Of a DNA stretch of 51,095 bases, positions 46,179 to 51,095 are shown one piece after another; position 1 is the first letter of the stretch, and every line of letters begins with the position of its first letter. The notes under the pieces were generated by a model. That model worked only from the letters and a program-made list of their open reading frames with translations, made no database searches and had not been told where the DNA came from. The stretch lies in IMG/VR virus record IMGVR_UViG_3300037484_000032, positions 1-51,095 of that record; one strand, written 5' to 3'. The position numbers and the translations under genes were made by a program. The DNA is from a virus (lineage: Duplodnaviria; Caudoviricetes).

Positions 46179-46361
46179 ATGACCATCGAAAACACAAAAA
46201 CAACTATTGATGTGGCCGCAGCTAGTATTACTGTTGGAACAGTAATGAGTATCCTACCCGCTATTGCAGCACTATTTACAATAATCTGGACTATTATTCG
46301 TATCTATGAAACAAAGACTGTTCAGAAGATTCTTTCACGATGGCGAAAGAAAGAAGAATAA
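46179..46361 (+). CDS. Small single-TM holin-like protein
   Basis: ILPAIAALFTIIWTIIRIYE plus a basic tail, next to the lysin. Confidence 0.6.
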   Translation: MTIENTKTTIDVAAASITVGTVMSILPAIAALFTIIWTIIRIYETKTVQKILSRWRKKEE

Positions 46362-46366
46362 AGGAC

Positions 46367-46404
46367 AAAAAAAAAGCCTCCCTAAAAAGGAGGCCTTCTT
46401 ATTT
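46367..46404. terminator. Bidirectional intrinsic terminator between the convergent arms
   Basis: A9-gcctcc-loop-ggaggc-cttcttattt. Confidence 0.8.
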
Positions 46405-46597
46405 AATGAACTGTTGTATTTGGTGGCATTGTAGTTTCTTCTATTTCTTTAATTAACAACTGAAACTCAATATGTGGACGTTCTGGATAGGACCATCTAA
46501 AGAGGGGGTGATCTTCACTTAAATCCATCCCCTCTTCCTCTTCCAACATATCAACCAACTCAAGAAGTTGGTCTTTAAGATTGTCTAAGTCTTCCAT
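46403..46597 (-). CDS. Small acidic hypothetical protein
   Basis: TAATG-coupled to RNR. Confidence 0.55.
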   Translation of the reverse strand: MEDLDNLKDQLLELVDMLEEEEGMDLSEDHPLFRWSYPERPHIEFQLLIKEIEETTMPPNTTVH

Positions 46598-48528
46598 TAT
46601 GGTAACTCACAACTTCCTCCAGAACAGGCAAGTGTCTGTGTGCCTTCAGTATTGTCCTCCTCCTCAACTAGACTAGACCAATCAATCACGGTAGGGATAC
46701 TAGTAAGAAGTTGTTCATACTGCTCTTTGTTTATTTCCTCATAGGGTGCTTGCTGATAAGTATGATTAGAGTATGGTAGGAAACTGATACCACTAATCTC
46801 ATCGAAGTGCTTATAAACCCAAGCTCCAACTTCCATCCACTCATCATCCTTAACAGAGATAGTTACACTTGGTTTATGTTCACACCAATGACGTTGGTAG
46901 ATAAGCCACAGTTCCAATTGCTCTATTGCTGTTCTATCCTTCCTACAGATTGCCCCATCAGGAGCTTTTATGGGAAAGGAAAAGATTGCTGTGGATTCCT
47001 TCGCAGCAAGGTCGTCTTCAACAGGAACACCCTGACCTTTAAGATGGTTGTAAATTGGGTCTTTCTTATCCATTCTAATGCGTCGAATGTAATAAGGACT
47101 ATGTCGAGTGTGAATCCCACTAGCACTGTCCACCAACTGGCTGACAGTACCGGAAGGTTTAACACAAGTGATAGCAGCAGAAGGTTCAATACTAAGTCTT
47201 TTAGAATACTCTTCATTTGTTTTCCTAGCAATATCTCGTAATTCTTCAAGAGAATAGGCAAGGGCTGTATCAGGATATTCCTCACCTTCAGGATGGTCAC
47301 TCCAATTATGATTCATCCATTGATTATCCATAATACCAGTAAGACTGACACCTAACAAGCGTTCTTCTTCAGTATTCTTTTTCCACTCTTCCCCAAGGAA
47401 TTGAAACTTCGTCAAGGTTGATTGTATTGTACCGAGAATAGTAGCAAGACGGACTTTTCGAGCAAGAGTTTCAAATGTGTCTTCTGCACGAACTACAACT
47501 TCCGTAAGGTTACAGAACTGTTTATCACGGAGAATAATCTCAGAACATGGATTACATCCATACTTATGAGTCTTATCTCTACGTCCCCATTTAGCTGCTT
47601 GAATCTGAGAAGCAACTCGATTATAAATACCACGTTCACCTGATTTAGATTTCATGAGAGCTAACCACTCTTCCATAAAGATTTCCATATCAGGTTTCTC
47701 AGTGTAGGCTACTGAATTATTAGAGATACGCCGTTGAGGACTCTGTTCCCACCATTGGCCAACTTTAGCCTCTCGCATACGGCGATCAGTAAGATTAGAT
47801 AGACTGATAAGAGCGGAACGTCGCACACCACCTACCACTACAACCTCACCAATCATGCACATTACATCATGAATTTCAAGACTATTAAGTTTACGTCCCT
47901 GTGATTTCTTAAAACCTTCTACAGTAAAATCGAAAAGGCGTTTAAGTGGTTCAGGACCAGAAGCCCTACCACCAAAAGTAGCAAGCCTAGCACCTGCTGG
48001 ACGAACCCTTGAAAAATCAAACGAAGGTATATCACCATCGTATAGAGCTGAGATAAGTCGTTTATATGCTTTTGCCCATCCAAGTTTACTGTCTCCTACA
48101 ACAATTATGTCATCTACATATTCCAATTGTTCTGGAACATTAGGAAGACGACAGATTTCGTCTCGTTCACAACTGAATCCAACTCCAGTACCATTCATCA
48201 GAATATAGAGACATTCACTGAAGGCACGTTTGTTGTTTACAGCTAGATAGGAACAGTTATAAGCTGCAATATTATCTCGTTCACATGCTGCTCCAGCACT
48301 CATCATCAAACGCATGGAGGGCATAATCTCAAGATTCAAAATAGCGTGTCCAAGTTCCAACCACTCATCCCTAGAAATAGTAGGAGCTTTTGGAACAAGA
48401 TAGGATATTAACCTATCAACTGTCTCTTCCCAAGTCTCCCTGCGTTTTAATTCAGGGAGATAACGAGAGTACCTAGACTTAGCAATTACTGTCTGGTAAA
48501 CTGTTGGAAGTTCATGTTGTTGTGTCAT
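46597..48528 (-). CDS. nrdJ: Class II (adenosylcobalamin-dependent) ribonucleotide reductase
   Basis: YNCS, GTGVG, GGVRRSA, NPCSEI, FCNL, TCVKPSGTVSQL, C-terminal CSGGSC; no small-subunit gene present. Confidence 0.92.
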   Translation of the reverse strand: MTQQHELPTVYQTVIAKSRYSRYLPELKRRETWEETVDRLISYLVPKAPTISRDEWLELGHAILNLEIMPSMRLMMSAGAACERDNIAAYNCSYLAVNNKRAFSECLYILMNGTGVGFSCERDEICRLPNVPEQLEYVDDIIVVGDSKLGWAKAYKRLISALYDGDIPSFDFSRVRPAGARLATFGGRASGPEPLKRLFDFTVEGFKKSQGRKLNSLEIHDVMCMIGEVVVVGGVRRSALISLSNLTDRRMREAKVGQWWEQSPQRRISNNSVAYTEKPDMEIFMEEWLALMKSKSGERGIYNRVASQIQAAKWGRRDKTHKYGCNPCSEIILRDKQFCNLTEVVVRAEDTFETLARKVRLATILGTIQSTLTKFQFLGEEWKKNTEEERLLGVSLTGIMDNQWMNHNWSDHPEGEEYPDTALAYSLEELRDIARKTNEEYSKRLSIEPSAAITCVKPSGTVSQLVDSASGIHTRHSPYYIRRIRMDKKDPIYNHLKGQGVPVEDDLAAKESTAIFSFPIKAPDGAICRKDRTAIEQLELWLIYQRHWCEHKPSVTISVKDDEWMEVGAWVYKHFDEISGISFLPYSNHTYQQAPYEEINKEQYEQLLTSIPTVIDWSSLVEEEDNTEGTQTLACSGGSCELP

Positions 48529-48679
48529 CTACTTCCTCTGCTAGTTGTTCATATTTATCTTCGATGACATCTACGAAACGGGAAACTAAATCCTCAGAAT
48601 TAATTCCCAACATTTCCATAAGAGAGACCTCATCTACTCTCTTTAACTTTTCACATACTTCTACCAAGGTCAATGGCAT
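48512..48679 (-). CDS. 55-aa hypothetical protein
   Basis: Manual translation MPLTLVEVCEKLKRVDEVSLMEMLGINSEDLVSRF... Confidence 0.6.
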   Translation of the reverse strand: MPLTLVEVCEKLKRVDEVSLMEMLGINSEDLVSRFVDVIEDKYEQLAEEVDDTTT

Positions 48680-48681
48680 GA

Positions 48682-49227
48682 TTAATTCCCCGAAAGTTTA
48701 CTGATAGTGCCATCTTTAACCTTGCTACTACGAGTAGAACCGAACTCAAAGTTATAGATATTATCAAGATACCCAAGAAAACGACCAAGAACTAATGTAA
48801 AGATACCTTTAACAAACTCAGTAATTGTTTGGTCTTTCCAAATCAACCAAACTAAACCAACAATAACTGTAGTTGCCATTACGAACATCACATCAGGACG
48901 CCAGTTCCTCTTTCCTAGTGCCTTAATAATCTCCGCGTCACGAATCCGAGCACTACCTACGTCAGCTATAATAGCTTTATCTAGGTCAATGTCCAGTTCT
49001 TTCATTTTTACAACAAAATCGTTCTCAGCCTGCTTAATTTTCAATAGGTCTTCTGCTGTAGCATTCTGAACCTTAGCAGCCAATTGTGATTCAGCATCAG
49101 GAGCAGTAGAATTAATACCAAAGGCATTAAGTAGAGCACCTACTGCTGCACCAGCAAGGGGAGAACCAAATGCACTTGCTAATGAAGGAGCAATAGCTCC
49201 AATAGATTTCTTCCAATCAAATTCCAT
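48682..49227 (-). CDS. 3-TM holin-like protein (GTA-holin type)
   Basis: IAPSLASAFGSPLAGAA N-terminus, D..SAR.R, two TM helices, YNFEFGS. Confidence 0.65.
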   Translation of the reverse strand: MEFDWKKSIGAIAPSLASAFGSPLAGAAVGALLNAFGINSTAPDAESQLAAKVQNATAEDLLKIKQAENDFVVKMKELDIDLDKAIIADVGSARIRDAEIIKALGKRNWRPDVMFVMATTVIVGLVWLIWKDQTITEFVKGIFTLVLGRFLGYLDNIYNFEFGSTRSSKVKDGTISKLSGN

Positions 49228-49290
49228 TATTTTTTTCCTTTCTTGCTACTGCCCATTTTATCAGAAACAACACTAATAGTAGAGACATCT

Positions 49291-49860
49291 TTAACCCCAC
49301 TGACTTGCCATTGCATCAGCAATTCCTTGGAAGGTTTTATCTCTATCCATTTCACGGTTAGAATACCATTTGGCAATCTTCTTACCTCCGTGGATAACAA
49401 ACTCACCCTTGTCAACAATGTTAGTTGGTACTAACTTGGGAAGTCCCTTAAGCCAAAGACAGGTAGATTTTGAGTAAGATTCACCAAACATCCAAGGATG
49501 TATAATTTGGTCTGGTTTTCTCCACTCTGTTGACATGATAGAGATTGGATTTTCAATAGCTATCTTAGGAATATCCAAAAGAGCAAGTTTCGTAAAGAAA
49601 TCTATTGCTTTTTGTTGTCTACCATCTGCTACCTTCTCTGGGAACCATCTAGCACCACTAATAGCTAAATCGGTACAAGGTGGATGAGCAATTAACAGAT
49701 CAAATTGCTGTCCCTTAAGAAGTTCAAATACATCTCCTTGATAGTGATGGGTACTAGGAATTTCAGAGGGTTTGAGATCACAAGACATTGCATTATGACC
49801 TCTGAACCTGAATGCTTCCCTAACCCTACCACTATACTCACAAGCTACAAGTACATTCAT
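49291..49860 (-). CDS. Short DNA cytosine-methyltransferase-like protein
   Basis: VLVACEYSG (motif I-like), HPPCT (motif IV), IENP (motif VI). Confidence 0.75.
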   Translation of the reverse strand: MNVLVACEYSGRVREAFRFRGHNAMSCDLKPSEIPSTHHYQGDVFELLKGQQFDLLIAHPPCTDLAISGARWFPEKVADGRQQKAIDFFTKLALLDIPKIAIENPISIMSTEWRKPDQIIHPWMFGESYSKSTCLWLKGLPKLVPTNIVDKGEFVIHGGKKIAKWYSNREMDRDKTFQGIADAMASQWG

Positions 49861-50594
49861 TAGTTGATATTTACAAAGGTGTTTGTTTGTTCTGCTTTCT
49901 TTGCTCGGAACCAGTTTCCACATCCTTTACATTGGAACCTTTGGTACTTACCGGCATGTGTAAAAGCAAAACCACGCTTGGTATAATGGTTGCCACCGCA
50001 ATTAGGACAAACGAGACCACCTTCAGTATAAAGACCGTGGTTTGCATGATTTTTAATCCAAGGTTTGAGTTGAGTGTAGACACCCTCAAGAATCATAACA
50101 TCATTGACATTGTATTCTTCCATTTTAAATTGGGATTCATTGTCCCCGTTCATACAACCAACCCACAGTTCAAAAGAAGTCTCATGTTTCTTACCAACTC
50201 CGAGTTGTTGAGCAACGTAATCCAACTTGTTGCTAACGAACTTGAAGACCTTCTTGACTGTTAGATAAAGGTCAATCTGTTTAGCCGGAGAAGGAGGAGG
50301 GAAACCATTAATGAGAAACTCTTTGTTTAGAGTAGGAATGTCAAAACGATTTCCATTATAATGAATGATAGCGTCAGCTTCATCCATCATAGAATGGATA
50401 CCTTCTAGCATCTTTGCTGTGCCAGAATTCCATACACTGTCAAAGACAATTTTATCCTCCCCATACCATTTAGCAGAGTAACACATTACATAACCACTCT
50501 CAAGCAACCGAGCAAGTGGAATGTTCTCTTTGAAAATACCCCAAACATACGCAGTGTTCGGAGCCGTCTCAATATCTAAAAGAAGTATTTTCAT
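49860..50594 (-). CDS. DEDD 3'-5' exonuclease with Zn ribbon, allele B
   Basis: LDIET, HYNGNRFD, YNVNDV, CPNC..CKGC. Confidence 0.88.
   Translation of the reverse strand: MKILLLDIETAPNTAYVWGIFKENIPLARLLESGYVMCYSAKWYGEDKIVFDSVWNSGTAKMLEGIHSMMDEADAIIHYNGNRFDIPTLNKEFLINGFPPPSPAKQIDLYLTVKKVFKFVSNKLDYVAQQLGVGKKHETSFELWVGCMNGDNESQFKMEEYNVNDVMILEGVYTQLKPWIKNHANHGLYTEGGLVCPNCGGNHYTKRGFAFTHAGKYQRFQCKGCGNWFRAKKAEQTNTFVNIN
49942..50068. repeat. Second copy of the 127-bp repeat at 1-127
   Basis: Exact identity. Confidence 0.95.
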
Positions 50595-50905
50595 TATTGA
50601 ACTTCTCCAAGTTTACGTGAATATTCATAATATTTCTCAACCTTAGCTCGTTTCATTTCTGAACGAGAAGCAATCTCAGGGTCATCCTCAACGTCGAATT
50701 CAAAATCTAAATCTGTTTCATCATTCAACATAAGAACGATAGTAAGAAGATCAATCAGTTCTTGGTGAATACGTTCACGATTAGTGTAAGGTTGATTAGG
50801 ACGGGATTCATCCATACCAAACTGTTGTGTCTTAAGTGCTATCTGTGCAACTTCTGAGGCTTCTTCAGCCAATTTGGTGAGAAGATACTGTTGTCTATCC
50901 ATCAT
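50594..50905 (-). CDS. MazG-like NTP pyrophosphatase (different from 1128-1406)
   Basis: LAEEASEVAQ...QELIDL. Confidence 0.7.
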   Translation of the reverse strand: MMDRQQYLLTKLAEEASEVAQIALKTQQFGMDESRPNQPYTNRERIHQELIDLLTIVLMLNDETDLDFEFDVEDDPEIASRSEMKRAKVEKYYEYSRKLGEVQ

Positions 50906-51095
50906 TTAAGCCATCCTTTCGGTAACCCCTTGCGGAAGTCACACCATTCAATATCATTCTTATCACACCAATCAGCATATGTAGTCTTAGAGGACTTGCT
51001 AATACGAACTGTAGAGTTCTGGAAAATCATTCGGATTGTTACATCTGGATTGTGTTTCCGAACCAGAAGCATCTTCTTTCGATCTGCGGAAGAGA
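50902..51095 (-). CDS. Endonuclease I allele B, C-terminal part (truncated by window end)
   Basis: Manual translation DRKKMLLVRKHNPDVTIRMIFQNS...KTTYADWCDKNDIEW, collinear with 1403-1810. Confidence 0.85.
   Translation of the reverse strand, partial: SSADRKKMLLVRKHNPDVTIRMIFQNSTVRISKSSKTTYADWCDKNDIEWCDFRKGLPKGWLK

Noticed and set aside
1-51095. CRISPR array, DGR, integrase/repressor or phage RNA polymerase
   Set aside because: No regularly spaced repeats, and no reverse transcriptase, recombinase or RNAP motifs found in any ORF

Overview
The window looks like an essentially complete ~49.9-kb lytic podovirus genome with no phage RNA polymerase. Its gene order resembles PA11/CW02/cobavirus-type (Zobellviridae-like) and phiEco32/LUZ24-type phages; this is inferred from gene content, not from a search. 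The minus-strand arm holds the early and replication genes: small early ORFs, a PagP-like beta-barrel, a five-enzyme amidoligase/glutamine-amidotransferase/ATP-grasp cluster, primase, an intein-containing helicase, a split family-A DNA polymerase, tRNA-Gly, nucleases, MazG-like proteins, a methyltransferase and class II RNR. The plus-strand arm holds the virion and lysis genes: tail spike, TerL, portal, scaffold, MCP, tail tube A/B, internal proteins, SLT and a DUF5675-like lysin. The arms converge at a bidirectional terminator (~46.4 kb) and diverge across a ~1.7-kb non-coding region (21.9-23.6 kb). That region is the most striking part. A sigma54 (-24/-12) promoter with two IHF sites and repeated TGAC-N7-GTCA enhancer-like palindromes points into a ~625-nt stretch with no minus-strand ORF, rich in GNRA-capped hairpins and ending in a terminator-like hairpin: a candidate large structured ncRNA. 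Bases 1-127 are identical to 49942-50068, so the genome closes at 49,941 bp. The last ~1 kb is an alternative allele of the exonuclease-MazG-endonuclease I block that lacks the endonuclease VII homing gene. All assignments come from motif reading; no database search was run.
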